Origin: a virus
Reading direction: 5' to 3' (one strand)
Length of the DNA: 64,000 nt
Virus record (IMG/VR): IMGVR_UViG_3300009183_000080
Location: 7,433 to 71,432 of that record
Under the pieces are notes generated by a model. It did no database searches. It was not told the origin of the DNA and saw nothing but the letters and a program-made list of their open reading frames with translations. Position numbers and translations under genes: made by a program. The number at the start of each line of letters is the position of its first letter. Positions within the stretch are counted from its first letter, which is position 1. Shown here one piece after another: positions 1 through 9,894 of this stretch.

Positions 1-571
1 TTAAAGACTTATTTATTTCTGGGGTATTATGTGGCATTACTTCAATATAGTAATCATTACCAAAGTTATTCTTAAACCATTTAATATGTTTCTTTGCAAT
101 AGCAAATTCATTTTCTTCTAATGCTTTTACAATTACACTACTTGGACATGCAGAAGTTACAATAATTCCTTCACGATATTTTTCAAGTATTTCAAAATCA
201 AATCTTGGTTTCTTAAAAAAACCATCAGTCCATGAAAGTTCACTAATTTTATTTAAATTATCTAAACCAATCTGATTCTTTGCTAGAAGAATAATGTGGT
301 TATAAACAAGGTCTTGTTGACCTTCTCGTTCAGACTTATCTCTTTTATCAGAAATGTCTGCACACATATATCCTTCTAGCCCAAGAATTGGCTTAATGCC
401 TTTGGATTTTGCTGTACGATAAAACTCACGATGTCCTGAAAGTGTGCCGTGATCTGTTATTGCCAAGGCTGGCATTTTAAGATCTACGGCACGACTTAAA
501 TATTCTTCTGGAGTTGCAATTCCATCGAATAAGGAATAATGAGTGTGTACGTGCAATCCTGCGTAGTTCAT
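1..571 (-). CDS. dnaE: DNA polymerase III alpha subunit (N-terminal PHP domain), runs off the left edge
   Basis: Manual translation from ATG at 571: MNYAGLHVHTHYSLFDG...ALAITDHGTLSGH...KPILGLEGY...HIILLAKN...KKPRFD, the PHP motifs of DnaE. Not in the ORF track because it is truncated. Confidence 0.93.
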   Translation of the reverse strand, partial: MNYAGLHVHTHYSLFDGIATPEEYLSRAVDLKMPALAITDHGTLSGHREFYRTAKSKGIKPILGLEGYMCADISDKRDKSEREGQQDLVYNHIILLAKNQIGLDNLNKISELSWTDGFFKKPRFDFEILEKYREGIIVTSACPSSVIVKALEENEFAIAKKHIKWFKNNFGNDYYIEVMPHNTPEINKSL

Positions 572-572
572 A

Positions 573-1229
573 CTACCAATCTGTGTTGGTTGATGAAGTG
601 GTTGACGGTGAGTCAAAGCCTAGATAAAAGGCTTCTTGCTCTGCATAAGGAACTTTGCGAAGTGCAAGTTCTAGTTGAAATGGCTCAATACCAGTCCAGT
701 CAAATGGCTCTTTATCTGGTGCTGCTGGAATCATTGTGTAATTTGTTTCAGTACCCTGACCATTACGCTTCATCTTCCATACAACATTTGAGATACTACC
801 AGTCTCAAGTGCATACTCACGAATAGTATTAAAAGATGATTGCTTGCTAATTCCCATAGACCAAATGGCCACATATGGTTTTTCAATTCCATCATCAACT
901 AATACGTTACAGTAAAAGCGGAGACGACCACGCCATCCAGCCTTTGGGTCTTTACGGTGCATTTCTTCTGCCCAGTCACGACCTTCTGTGTCCATAGTAT
1001 CTACTGCTTTGCGCTTGTAATCTTTTGGATTTACGTGCTCTTTGACAACTAGAGAAAGTCCACGAGATGCATTATAATTTGCAGAGTCTTCGTCTAGTTC
1101 TTCAATAAAGCGAATCTTTACTGATTGTCCATCAGCAAGTTTAAGCCATCTTACCTTTGGTGAGTTTTCATCGTATTTTGGTTTGTCGAGCAGGGCGTTG
1201 ATGTTTTTTAGTCCCTTTACTACGCTCAT
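573..1229 (-). CDS. Single-stranded DNA-binding protein (phage gp32-like)
   Basis: Lies upstream of dnaE; KLADGQSVKIRF start, KMKRNGQGTETNY motif and short C-terminal tail ending DW are typical of phage SSBs. Confidence 0.7.
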   Translation of the reverse strand: MSVVKGLKNINALLDKPKYDENSPKVRWLKLADGQSVKIRFIEELDEDSANYNASRGLSLVVKEHVNPKDYKRKAVDTMDTEGRDWAEEMHRKDPKAGWRGRLRFYCNVLVDDGIEKPYVAIWSMGISKQSSFNTIREYALETGSISNVVWKMKRNGQGTETNYTMIPAAPDKEPFDWTGIEPFQLELALRKVPYAEQEAFYLGFDSPSTTSSTNTDW

Positions 1230-1243
1230 ATTATTCTCCTTTT

Positions 1244-2707
1244 TTATGTTGTTATTTTAAAATCATCATACTGCTCTGCAGCACTATTGATTTTTTCTAC
1301 TATTTTATTATACTCTTCCAATTCATTTTTGTCAAATGAATCTTTAGAAACTTTAAAACTATTTCCAGCATATAAAGATATCCAACTATACAACTGCCAT
1401 GAAGGTGGTTGCATTAAATAAGAAAAATCTTCTTTGTTTGTTTTCATATCTTCTATAAATCTTTTTATATTATGATATTCGTATTCTGGCATTGGGTGTT
1501 TTAATAGAAACTCAGACCAAAAATTAGTATTGTTTTTATTTGTAATATAGTGCATGTATAGATAAGTTGTAATTGCCTGTCCATACCTTTCATTTAAATT
1601 ATTAAAATGATCTATTTCTGTATTAGTAATAGTATTATTAATATATTTATAGAAATATTTATCTAAAAATAAATATAAATGATTAATCATTCCCGATATT
1701 GCAGTGGCTTCCATTGGTTCAAAAAATGATGTAGCCAGTCCTATCCCTAAACAATTATTTATTAATATTTTTTTTGCATAACCTGGAGTAAAATTAAAAG
1801 TTTTTATAATTTCTAAATCTTTTCCAAAAAATTCATATGCTTCTTTTATTGCATCATCTTCATTAATGTACTTATTGTTATAAACATATCCACAACCATA
1901 TCTATTTTGTAGTGCAACTTTCCATGCCCAACCATAATCCATTGCAATTGCTTGTGTATATGGAACTTCTTTGCCATCTAAAGGAAGTTTGCAGGCAATT
2001 GCTGATGTTGCTGGAAGAAAATTAGATGTGTCAATCCACTCAACATTATAAACCTTATCTAAAAATAATCTAGAAAATCCAGATGCATCAATTAAAAAAT
2101 CTAGATTAATGCTTGTTTCATTATCTAATAGTAATTCCACAATGTCGTCATTACTATTTGTTTTAGTGTCAACAATAATAGCATCAATAATTTCTATATT
2201 TTTTTTAACTACTTCATTTTCTAAAAAATCTCCAAGCAATTTTGCATCTAAATGCAATGAATATTCTTTTTTACTATTAATTGAATGAGTTTTATTTTTA
2301 TAAGATATTTGTGCATTTAAGTTAATAGAGTCTAAATTGCCATGCTCTTGCATTGCTATATTACAAAGTTTAAAGATGTTGTCATTATTGTAAAAAGTAT
2401 TATCATCAAAAAAATTGTTAAATCCATGAAACCATGATTTGTTTTCTTTATTCCATCCAGAAAAAACAACACCATTCTTAATGGTTGCATTTGTATACTT
2501 AATTACATCTTCAACATTAATGTTAAGATCTTTAAAAACTTTATGTATGTTTGTTGTTAGTCCTTCTCCAGGTCCTAGAACGCCTATTTGTTTACTTCGC
2601 ACCATTGTTATTTTTAATTTAGGATATCTTTTATTTAACAGAAGTGCACTCAAACAACCAGCAGTTCCTCCACCAACAACAACAACGTTTTTAATATCTC
2701 TGATCAT
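1244..2707 (-). CDS. Flavin-dependent (tryptophan) halogenase family protein
   Basis: VVVVGGGTAG FAD-binding motif, GPGEG, ATIK (catalytic Lys position), DASGF, GWAWKV (WxWxI-like), FFEPMEAT. Likely start is ATG 2707, overlapping the upstream gene end. Confidence 0.88.
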   Translation of the reverse strand: MIRDIKNVVVVGGGTAGCLSALLLNKRYPKLKITMVRSKQIGVLGPGEGLTTNIHKVFKDLNINVEDVIKYTNATIKNGVVFSGWNKENKSWFHGFNNFFDDNTFYNNDNIFKLCNIAMQEHGNLDSINLNAQISYKNKTHSINSKKEYSLHLDAKLLGDFLENEVVKKNIEIIDAIIVDTKTNSNDDIVELLLDNETSINLDFLIDASGFSRLFLDKVYNVEWIDTSNFLPATSAIACKLPLDGKEVPYTQAIAMDYGWAWKVALQNRYGCGYVYNNKYINEDDAIKEAYEFFGKDLEIIKTFNFTPGYAKKILINNCLGIGLATSFFEPMEATAISGMINHLYLFLDKYFYKYINNTITNTEIDHFNNLNERYGQAITTYLYMHYITNKNNTNFWSEFLLKHPMPEYEYHNIKRFIEDMKTNKEDFSYLMQPPSWQLYSWISLYAGNSFKVSKDSFDKNELEEYNKIVEKINSAAEQYDDFKITT

Positions 2708-3215
2708 AACCAACTTTATTGATCTGTTCTGCAGAAGGAATCCATGTTTCAGAATTTTCTTGAACACCATGACCTTCAACAATTCTATTAAAGAAATTAA
2801 AGGCAGAGCAAACTGCAACAGCATCTTTAACTTGTTCTTGTGTAAATCCAGCCTCATAACATTCATCATATAATTTCTTAGTCATACTTGCTGGATGCTT
2901 AGTTAACTGTTCTACTAAATTAAAAATTGTAGTCAATCTATTTGGAGTTGATTGAATTCCCCCATCTAAAATCTCAATCTCAGCATTTATTGATTCTGCA
3001 AAAACACGGTGCGATCCATAACAAAATCTACATCCATTTAAGTATGATGTATATGCTGCAATAATTTCTCTATCTTGTGGAGACAATGACGAAGCCTCTC
3101 GCAATACTTCTTGTGCAAATGAAAGCATCATCATATATCTTTTTTGATTTTCCATAAAAACATCAATAATTGTTGAATCTTCCTTAATTGAATCGAATAC
3201 ATTTTTTACACTCAT
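2691..3215 (-). CDS. AhpD / carboxymuconolactone decarboxylase-like peroxidase-related protein
   Basis: LSPQDREIIAAYTSYLNGCRFCYGSH (ExxxxxxSxxNxCxxCxxxH) and FNFFNR motifs. Confidence 0.85.
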   Translation of the reverse strand: MSVKNVFDSIKEDSTIIDVFMENQKRYMMMLSFAQEVLREASSLSPQDREIIAAYTSYLNGCRFCYGSHRVFAESINAEIEILDGGIQSTPNRLTTIFNLVEQLTKHPASMTKKLYDECYEAGFTQEQVKDAVAVCSAFNFFNRIVEGHGVQENSETWIPSAEQINKVGYDQRY

Positions 3216-3217
3216 GA

Positions 3218-4162
3218 CTACCTCAGCATTTCTAGTATAGAATTGTCAATTGAACTACTTAACTTAATTATATCAGAATCCTGCATATCTCCAATATCTT
3301 TATACTTAGTATCTAGTGTTATTATCGATACCCTTGACTTTAACTTATCAATCATTTTTTTAGACATTGACTTTCCAGCCTCATCATTATCTGCTATTAA
3401 ATATATCTCATTGAAATATTTTTCTAATAGTTCTACTTGGCTTTTTGAAATTGTTGCTCCAAGCGTAGCCACTGCTGGCATACCAACTTGATCTAATCTT
3501 ATGGCATCAAAAGATGACTCTACAACATAAACCCTATCATTTGCTTTTACCCTATGCAGATTAAACAAAGTTTTACTTTTTGGAAGTCCTGGAGTATTTT
3601 TAAAATCTTTTCCTTCAAGACTTCTGCCAACAAAACCAATTACCATTCCTTCTGGAGAGTGAACTGGAATTGTAACCATATCCTGCTTCTCAGAATATCC
3701 TAAGTTAAACTTACTAACTGATAACTTAGTTACAAGTCTTCCATCAAAGTATCTCATTGCTCTTGGAGATTCAAGTGCTTGTGAGTTCAGTCTCTTAATA
3801 ATAACTTCGTCATACTGTACAAATGTTGGTGGGGTATATAGTTGTTTTGCTACTATTTGAGTAATATCAGACTCTTGCTCTTTGCTTTTTATATACCGCA
3901 AACTTTCAAAATATGATCTGTTGCTCATTTTCATTACTATTTCTTGCAAAGTAGCAGTCTGTTGACACCCAAAACAAAAGAATAATCCACTTTCTTTTGA
4001 CACTTCTCCAGCAGGGGTTCTATTGTTATTATGATATGGACAAAAAATAATATAGTCAGAATCTACTTCTGATTGTATTGTGACTCCGGAACCGATGAGA
4101 ACTCTTTTGACTTGATCTTCTGTGTATATATCGGTCTGTACCCGTCTGCTGCGATCATCCAT
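3218..4162 (-). CDS. dnaG: DNA primase (CHC2 zinc finger + TOPRIM)
   Basis: CPYH...CFGC zinc finger, GFVGR, VVESSFDA and ADNDEAG TOPRIM motifs. Confidence 0.92.
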   Translation of the reverse strand: MDDRSRRVQTDIYTEDQVKRVLIGSGVTIQSEVDSDYIIFCPYHNNNRTPAGEVSKESGLFFCFGCQQTATLQEIVMKMSNRSYFESLRYIKSKEQESDITQIVAKQLYTPPTFVQYDEVIIKRLNSQALESPRAMRYFDGRLVTKLSVSKFNLGYSEKQDMVTIPVHSPEGMVIGFVGRSLEGKDFKNTPGLPKSKTLFNLHRVKANDRVYVVESSFDAIRLDQVGMPAVATLGATISKSQVELLEKYFNEIYLIADNDEAGKSMSKKMIDKLKSRVSIITLDTKYKDIGDMQDSDIIKLSSSIDNSILEMLR

Positions 4163-4404
4163 TCTATATTCTTTTTCCCTACGTAGATTCCATATACTGT
4201 CAATTTAAACTCAAACCAGTCTTTGATGCTGTTATAGTATATCGTAAAATCTGGCTCTATGTCAATTCTTGGAACATATGCAGACTCTTTCATTTGTACT
4301 AACAATAGCCTAATGTACTCTTCTTTTAATCTAAAAATGTCTGACTCATCCTTGATGTTGCCATCTAACTTAAAACACTTTATAGGCTTATGATGAATTG
4401 ACAC
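4063..4404 (-). CDS. Hypothetical protein
   Basis: 113-aa ORF between helicase and primase; GTG start 5 nt after a TATAAT element. Confidence 0.6.
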   Translation of the reverse strand: MSIHHKPIKCFKLDGNIKDESDIFRLKEEYIRLLLVQMKESAYVPRIDIEPDFTIYYNSIKDWFEFKLTVYGIYVGKKNIEWMIAADGYRPIYTQKIKSKEFSSVPESQYNQK

Positions 4405-4410
4405 ATCTTA

Positions 4411-5637
4411 TTATAACTGCTTATCTTCATAATCCTTGTAGCGATAATAACCTTTGTCAAAGTCAACTTGAACTAGGAACTCACCCATAAAGCCATTTCT
4501 ATTTTTTCTAAAGGCACATTCAATAATATCGCTATTATTTGCTCTACCAAGTGCAATTACCCAGTCTGCATCATAGGCAATCTGTCTTGACCAAGCAGTT
4601 TGTCCAAGTGTTGGAACACTACTAAGATCATTTACATCATCTGGAGTTGCAGAAGATATCGCAATGATAGGAACTTCTTCTCCAATAGCCATTAACTTTA
4701 GTTCACGAGAAAGGTTTTTCATTCTTACTGTCTCATTGTCTGACTTCTGGTTTGGACTCATTAATTGTAGGTAGTCAACAATAACAAAATCTGGACGGTA
4801 TTGATCTATTTTGCCACGTAGAACTGAAGGACTAATCTCCCCACCCTGATCATTTGAAATGATATGAAATGGATTCTTTCCAGTAACCTTATCTTTGTGC
4901 CAAGTTTTAAACATCTCTGGCTCAACATGACCCTGACTAATCTTTCTATGTGACCAAAGACCTTCACCCATAATTGTAAATACACGGTTTCTAACTTCTG
5001 TCTCAGACATTTCAAGGCTAATCACTAATGGGGTTTTGCCTTGCTTCCATGCCTGTACCGCAAAATAAAGAGCAAGCCATGACTTACCAATGCCTGGATA
5101 GGCTAAAAACACTCCCAGTTGGCCTGGAGCGATACCACTTGGAAGGTAGTTATCAAATCCTGGCAAGCCAGTTTTAATACCTGTAATCCCAGCCTCTTCC
5201 ATTTTACGCAAGTGATCAAAATATGCAGCAGCGGACTCAAAATCAGTAGCATCAATATCTCTAACAGATGATGTATTCTTTTTAAGTTCTGAGGTTTGAG
5301 TAATTAGAGAATCTAGGGCAACTACTGAATTGCCACTTTGTACTTCTCCTGCTGCAGATCGTAATATTGTTTTAAGACTATCGTTTAGGTAGTCTCCTTG
5401 TAGTTCTGAAAGGTGATGTTTTGTTGCCCCAATATCTTCAACTACCTCGAAATCTCTAAACTTTTCAATTACTAAGGATAGTGGTGGAACGGAACTGTTT
5501 GCCTCAAAATATTTTCTAATGAATGTCCATACATCTAAATGTGTTCGTAAAAGTCCATCAATATTTGCTTGTAGCAAAACGTGAATCTGTTTATCTTTTA
5601 AGACTGCATTTAATACCTTTGATTCAATGCTAGCCAT
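4411..5637 (-). CDS. dnaB: Replicative DnaB-like helicase
   Basis: Walker A AYPGIGKS, SLEMS, VIVDYLQLM, IAYDAD, KNRNG. Confidence 0.95.
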   Translation of the reverse strand: MASIESKVLNAVLKDKQIHVLLQANIDGLLRTHLDVWTFIRKYFEANSSVPPLSLVIEKFRDFEVVEDIGATKHHLSELQGDYLNDSLKTILRSAAGEVQSGNSVVALDSLITQTSELKKNTSSVRDIDATDFESAAAYFDHLRKMEEAGITGIKTGLPGFDNYLPSGIAPGQLGVFLAYPGIGKSWLALYFAVQAWKQGKTPLVISLEMSETEVRNRVFTIMGEGLWSHRKISQGHVEPEMFKTWHKDKVTGKNPFHIISNDQGGEISPSVLRGKIDQYRPDFVIVDYLQLMSPNQKSDNETVRMKNLSRELKLMAIGEEVPIIAISSATPDDVNDLSSVPTLGQTAWSRQIAYDADWVIALGRANNSDIIECAFRKNRNGFMGEFLVQVDFDKGYYRYKDYEDKQL

Positions 5638-5938
5638 TCAGCCACTCCTTTGCCATCAATCTTCTTTCTGCACGTTCTCTATCATCTTCGTCTTTATCTT
5701 TTTTAGCCTTAATAATTTTTTCTGCCTGGTATGCAAAAGTATTCCAAGATGGACTCTCAGTAACCTTAAAATAGTATTCTAAAATATCGTAACATCCTTC
5801 AATTCCATACGACTGAATAAGAGCATCTGCTGCCCATTGTTCAACGTTAAGATTCATTGATGGCTTTACATCATATCTTTCTTTGTGGTATTTACTATAC
5901 CTTGAAAGCAAAGCCATTCGGTCTTTGCGCTCTGGCAT
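5630..5938 (-). CDS. Hypothetical protein (possible helicase loader)
   Basis: Overlaps the start of dnaB; function guessed from position only. Confidence 0.5.
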   Translation of the reverse strand: MPERKDRMALLSRYSKYHKERYDVKPSMNLNVEQWAADALIQSYGIEGCYDILEYYFKVTESPSWNTFAYQAEKIIKAKKDKDEDDRERAERRLMAKEWLNG

Positions 5939-6144
5939 TACTCAGAGATTTCTGCTTTGGCTTCGTTAATTTTGTCAGTTAATTTATCTTCAACAAACTT
6001 GTAAACACGTTCCATTGCTTCGTTAGTTGTCTCTCCATCTTTCTTAGAGTCAACAACTCCAAGATCAAGTCTTAATGATTGGAAGTTTCCAAGATTAAGT
6101 GTATAGCCTAAAGTTACAGAAACCTTAGTGTTATCGTTTTCCAT
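5938..6144 (-). CDS. Hypothetical phage protein
   Basis: 68 aa with GYTLNLGNFQSLRLD; coupled to the neighbouring gene. Confidence 0.65.
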   Translation of the reverse strand: MENDNTKVSVTLGYTLNLGNFQSLRLDLGVVDSKKDGETTNEAMERVYKFVEDKLTDKINEAKAEISE

Positions 6145-6162
6145 TTTACATCCATTCAGTAG

Positions 6163-6705
6163 TTAGATAGATTCAGACCAGATAGGAATGAAGCGTCCAT
6201 CTTCAGTTCTCGTATATGTAAGTATACCATCGCCCATTCTCCTAGTCAACTCTTGTTTAGTAGGAGTCATGTTGTTTGTTACAAGGCCATCTTTTCTTGG
6301 TTGACCAATATGAATTGATGCCAATATGTCCCTTATTTCCCTTATGTGACTTTCTGAATAATAACATCTTATCTGCCAGCCACGCTTTCCACCTATGCTA
6401 GATCCTATTGGTGCTGGAATTGTTCCACGCTTAATAAGAGTAGGAATATACTTTTTATGTCTGTTAATAAGTATAGCAGTTTCTCCAATAGTATATGCCT
6501 TTTCTCTTTTCTTTTTAAATTCCGCAATAAAACAAGTTTCAATTCTATCTTTATTTATATTATAAAGCGCAACAATTCCGTCTGATCTGTTTCTGTGGTG
6601 CACCTTAACTAAATCATTATTCAAAAACCAAATAGTTTTATTACCTGAAACTATAGCGGACTGATTGTAGTTTTGGCCCTCAATATTTCCTGTTGTAGAA
6701 TCCAT
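6163..6705 (-). CDS. MerR-like / winged HTH DNA-binding protein
   Basis: AYTIGETAILINRH...LIKRGTIP...RCYYSESHI resembles a MerR/excisionase HTH. Confidence 0.6.
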   Translation of the reverse strand: MDSTTGNIEGQNYNQSAIVSGNKTIWFLNNDLVKVHHRNRSDGIVALYNINKDRIETCFIAEFKKKREKAYTIGETAILINRHKKYIPTLIKRGTIPAPIGSSIGGKRGWQIRCYYSESHIREIRDILASIHIGQPRKDGLVTNNMTPTKQELTRRMGDGILTYTRTEDGRFIPIWSESI

Positions 6706-6839
6706 GATCCCTCTTTGCTGCTGTCTGGTGGATGGTAAAATTTTCTTTTACCACAAATTACACAGTAAACTTCAATATGCTCTTTTGTGCTGTATTGTCT
6801 GTCAACAAAAACAATACCACCACATCTTGCACACTTCAC
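6651..6839 (-). CDS. Small zinc-ribbon protein
   Basis: CARC...CVIC, two CxxC pairs. Confidence 0.65.
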   Translation of the reverse strand: MKCARCGGIVFVDRQYSTKEHIEVYCVICGKRKFYHPPDSSKEGSWILQQEILRAKTTISPL

Positions 6840-7279
6840 TAATTTGGTATTCCAATTGCAAGAACGTTTACATCAACAGTTGCTACTCCAACAGTATTAA
6901 ACCTTACAAGAAATGAAGCAGTACTGGCTGTAACTTGAGTAATAACAACTGAAACATTTTTTCCAGCATTTGTATTTCCTGTGTCAAAAGGAGTTGCTAC
7001 TACAATTGGTGGATGTTTAAAATTATAATTAACTGCAAACGGCACCTGATTATCAGTAGCAGTAATGTCTTTAGAACTTGCTACAACTGCTGTAATGCCA
7101 ACAATGCTTGCTCTTCCAGTTCCAACTGTATTGCTTGTTCCCGATTTGTCATTTTTAATTTGTGTTACGCTTTGATTTGTTCCAACAATATCACTTAGTT
7201 GATTAACCGTTTCAACTAATTGATACATATAAGAAACATCTAAAGGTTGCCCTCTTTGTGGTACTGTTAATTTTGCCAT
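6839..7279 (-). CDS. Putative tail-tip / H-type lectin-like structural protein
   Basis: C-terminal FxxPPIVVAT...VNVLAIG pattern; last gene of the tail block; RBS GGAGG. Confidence 0.55.
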   Translation of the reverse strand: MAKLTVPQRGQPLDVSYMYQLVETVNQLSDIVGTNQSVTQIKNDKSGTSNTVGTGRASIVGITAVVASSKDITATDNQVPFAVNYNFKHPPIVVATPFDTGNTNAGKNVSVVITQVTASTASFLVRFNTVGVATVDVNVLAIGIPN

Positions 7280-7303
7280 TGTTCCTCCATTATATCATTT
7301 AAC

Positions 7304-7996
7304 TTATGCTACCGTTGTTAAAACAGACTCAAAAAGTTTTAATGAATTATTTTGTGTTTTTGAAATTCCTTCTGGCTGAATTGTTACTCGCACATTTGTT
7401 GTTCCAGTATTTGGAAATGTATATGTAGTCACCTTAGTAATTGCGTTTCCTACAGTTGCGGTTCCGTGATATGAATAAGATGCTGCATTATCAAATTTAA
7501 CAAAAATATCGTATTTTTCTCTAAAATCAGTATCCTTCCAAGTAACAGACCAGGAGCCCCCACCACTTATTATGTTAACTTTATTTACAGTAATAGACGC
7601 AGCAGTGCCAGTGGTGGCAGCAGTTGAAACTGTACTTGAACCAATAAGAACTGTAAAGGTGTTTATTGTTGGAACAGTTAGGATTGTTTGTGCTCCAGTA
7701 ACAGCAGTGAACGGAGCCACTGTGTTAGAAAAAGTAACAATCTGTCCAACACTAAGACCGTGTGCAGATGCTGTGGTAACGGTTACGGTGCCAGAAACAA
7801 TTGCTAAATTAGTAATGGATGTAGCAGTTGATGGAATAGGATAAGAATCAACATAATAAATTGAAGACCATGCAGAAACTCTGTTTAAGTCTTCAGAAAC
7901 AACTCTGTATCTTACAACATGTTGATTAGTGCTGTTGACTGGCGGTAAATTTTTTTTTAACAATAAAGATTTTTTAATGTTTTTATCTACTGCCAT
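7304..7996 (-). CDS. Minor tail protein
   Basis: Thr/Val-rich beta protein with TTASAHGLSVGQIV module; in the tail operon. Confidence 0.6.
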   Translation of the reverse strand: MAVDKNIKKSLLLKKNLPPVNSTNQHVVRYRVVSEDLNRVSAWSSIYYVDSYPIPSTATSITNLAIVSGTVTVTTASAHGLSVGQIVTFSNTVAPFTAVTGAQTILTVPTINTFTVLIGSSTVSTAATTGTAASITVNKVNIISGGGSWSVTWKDTDFREKYDIFVKFDNAASYSYHGTATVGNAITKVTTYTFPNTGTTNVRVTIQPEGISKTQNNSLKLFESVLTTVA

Positions 7997-9132
7997 TATA
8001 CAACGTTACCAATATCTAAAGACATTCTAAATTCAACATAATTGTTTGTGTTTGGAGATTTTTCAATTGGTTCTGCATTAGCATTTTGAACAACGGTATA
8101 TCCAACCAATCCATATAAAGGATTAAGAGTGCTTAGGTTATCAAATCTAATTGCATCAAAAGCAATATAGTGTGTTGTTACTACGGCTGATGAGGTTACA
8201 ATGCATGAGTATAGTTTTGCAGATGAAACAAATTCCCAGGAAAAGGCTTCTTCTTTAACAAAATCTTCTAAAGTTTTTTCAACTACAAAATATCTATTAG
8301 CATCAAAATCAATTCCACCTGCTCCATGAACTAAATCAATTAAGCACCTTGCAGTTTTAGTATTAGTGTCTGTAAATTCTAAAATAATTTTTAAACTACC
8401 TGGTTTTGCATAAGGAGAACTTGCGTCTTTATTTACAAGAGAAAATGCAATCTTAATTTTATCTGACAATGAATTTTTAGATAAATCAATGTTAAGCCCA
8501 GTTTTTTTTATATAATTTTTTGTAGATAAAGTCGTTGTGGTAGTTCCAACATTTGTAATGTTTGTAATATCTTTAATAGTACTATAATTTCCTTTTACTA
8601 AAACCATATTATTAAAAAATCTACATCTTTCATTTTTTGTATCTCTATTTACTTTATAAAAAATTCTATTATCTGATGCTGCTTGAAACACACTTGCTGT
8701 TGTTGAAATAATGTTATCATCACTTTCATCAAGTGCTGAATTTATTGATGGAATTGCTTTTTCTGTAGTGTCAAGATACTTCCACTGTTCTTCCTCTGTA
8801 AATAACATCAAACTTCTGCTATCAAATCCTGAAGCAGATGGATTTCCTCCTGCAGAATAAATACCTATTTCTGTAATTTCATATTTTTCCTGTGTCGGAA
8901 GTTCTGCAGTAAATACTATTTTATTAACATCATTTTCTTTTACATACCCTCTTGAAGAAATTGGAACTCTAAACATCTCAAAAATTAATGATTCTTTAGT
9001 TGAATAATCTCCATAGTTGTCTTCATTTGCTAATGGTTTTTGTCCACAACCAAAAGCCATATACGATGCGTAGGAAGGGGCTGTTCCAAGCAAGTATTTT
9101 GCTATGATTTCTTTTCCTTTATTTGTTATCAT
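7996..9132 (-). CDS. Minor tail / baseplate protein
   Basis: MITNKGK...YMAFGCG...ITEIGIY N-terminal motif typical of phage tail proteins. Confidence 0.7.
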   Translation of the reverse strand: MITNKGKEIIAKYLLGTAPSYASYMAFGCGQKPLANEDNYGDYSTKESLIFEMFRVPISSRGYVKENDVNKIVFTAELPTQEKYEITEIGIYSAGGNPSASGFDSRSLMLFTEEEQWKYLDTTEKAIPSINSALDESDDNIISTTASVFQAASDNRIFYKVNRDTKNERCRFFNNMVLVKGNYSTIKDITNITNVGTTTTTLSTKNYIKKTGLNIDLSKNSLSDKIKIAFSLVNKDASSPYAKPGSLKIILEFTDTNTKTARCLIDLVHGAGGIDFDANRYFVVEKTLEDFVKEEAFSWEFVSSAKLYSCIVTSSAVVTTHYIAFDAIRFDNLSTLNPLYGLVGYTVVQNANAEPIEKSPNTNNYVEFRMSLDIGNVV

Positions 9133-9893
9133 TCCTGATCAACTCCAAGATCTGTTTCATATATTGTACCATTTTGTAGTGTTTCAATTTCAATCTTTTC
9201 TCCTGGATTTAAATCTATACTTTCTATAACTAAATTTCCAGTAGAAGTATCAATATACACATTTTTTCCTGAAGGACCATTTCCAACATTTGGAACCTTT
9301 GCGTCTAATTTTATAGCAAAATTTAAAAAATATTTGTCAGATGTGTCCTGAAGGGCCAAAATATTTTTTGGGTCTAAGGCCTTTTGTATTTCTGCCATAT
9401 TAATAATTGGTTGATAGTTTACACTTTCAGTACTTAATTTTGCATTATTTGTAAGTGATAAAAGCATAGCACCATTAATTTCTTCAAAATATATCATCTT
9501 TAAAAAGTCTGCGTCCTCTGCGTTTATTTCATCATTTTTAAAAGTAACATATTGAGGGGTTGCAATTTTAACTGCAGGCCTTTTTGTTGATGTTGACCCT
9601 GTTTGTGAAGTCTGTTCTCCACCAGTTGATCCAGTTGATCCACCAGGTGCATCAGGTGTGGCTTTTATATTTTTTGTTCCAAAATAAGATTGAATATCTT
9701 GATTTAATTTATTATATCCCATTCTATCGTCTGGATCTATATTTACAGAAGGTACAAAATTGTTTTGCATGTAATCAAAGTTATCTTTACTTTCTGGTGG
9801 TAAAAATGCTTTTAAATCTTTAAGCATTTTATCAAAACCCATATTGTCATCTGGATCTATGTTTACTGAAGGAACAAAATCATAAATACCCAT
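9129..9893 (-). CDS. Minor tail protein with N-terminal duplicated segment
   Basis: In the tail operon; FVPSVNIDPDDxMG occurs twice; likely start at ATG 9893. Confidence 0.6.
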   Translation of the reverse strand: MGIYDFVPSVNIDPDDNMGFDKMLKDLKAFLPPESKDNFDYMQNNFVPSVNIDPDDRMGYNKLNQDIQSYFGTKNIKATPDAPGGSTGSTGGEQTSQTGSTSTKRPAVKIATPQYVTFKNDEINAEDADFLKMIYFEEINGAMLLSLTNNAKLSTESVNYQPIINMAEIQKALDPKNILALQDTSDKYFLNFAIKLDAKVPNVGNGPSGKNVYIDTSTGNLVIESIDLNPGEKIEIETLQNGTIYETDLGVDQE

Positions 9894-9894
9894 A

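Noticed and set aside
2708-2869. N-terminal 54-aa extension of the halogenase in the ORF track
   Set aside because: It overlaps the AhpD-like gene; the FAD-binding motif directly follows the ATG at 2707.
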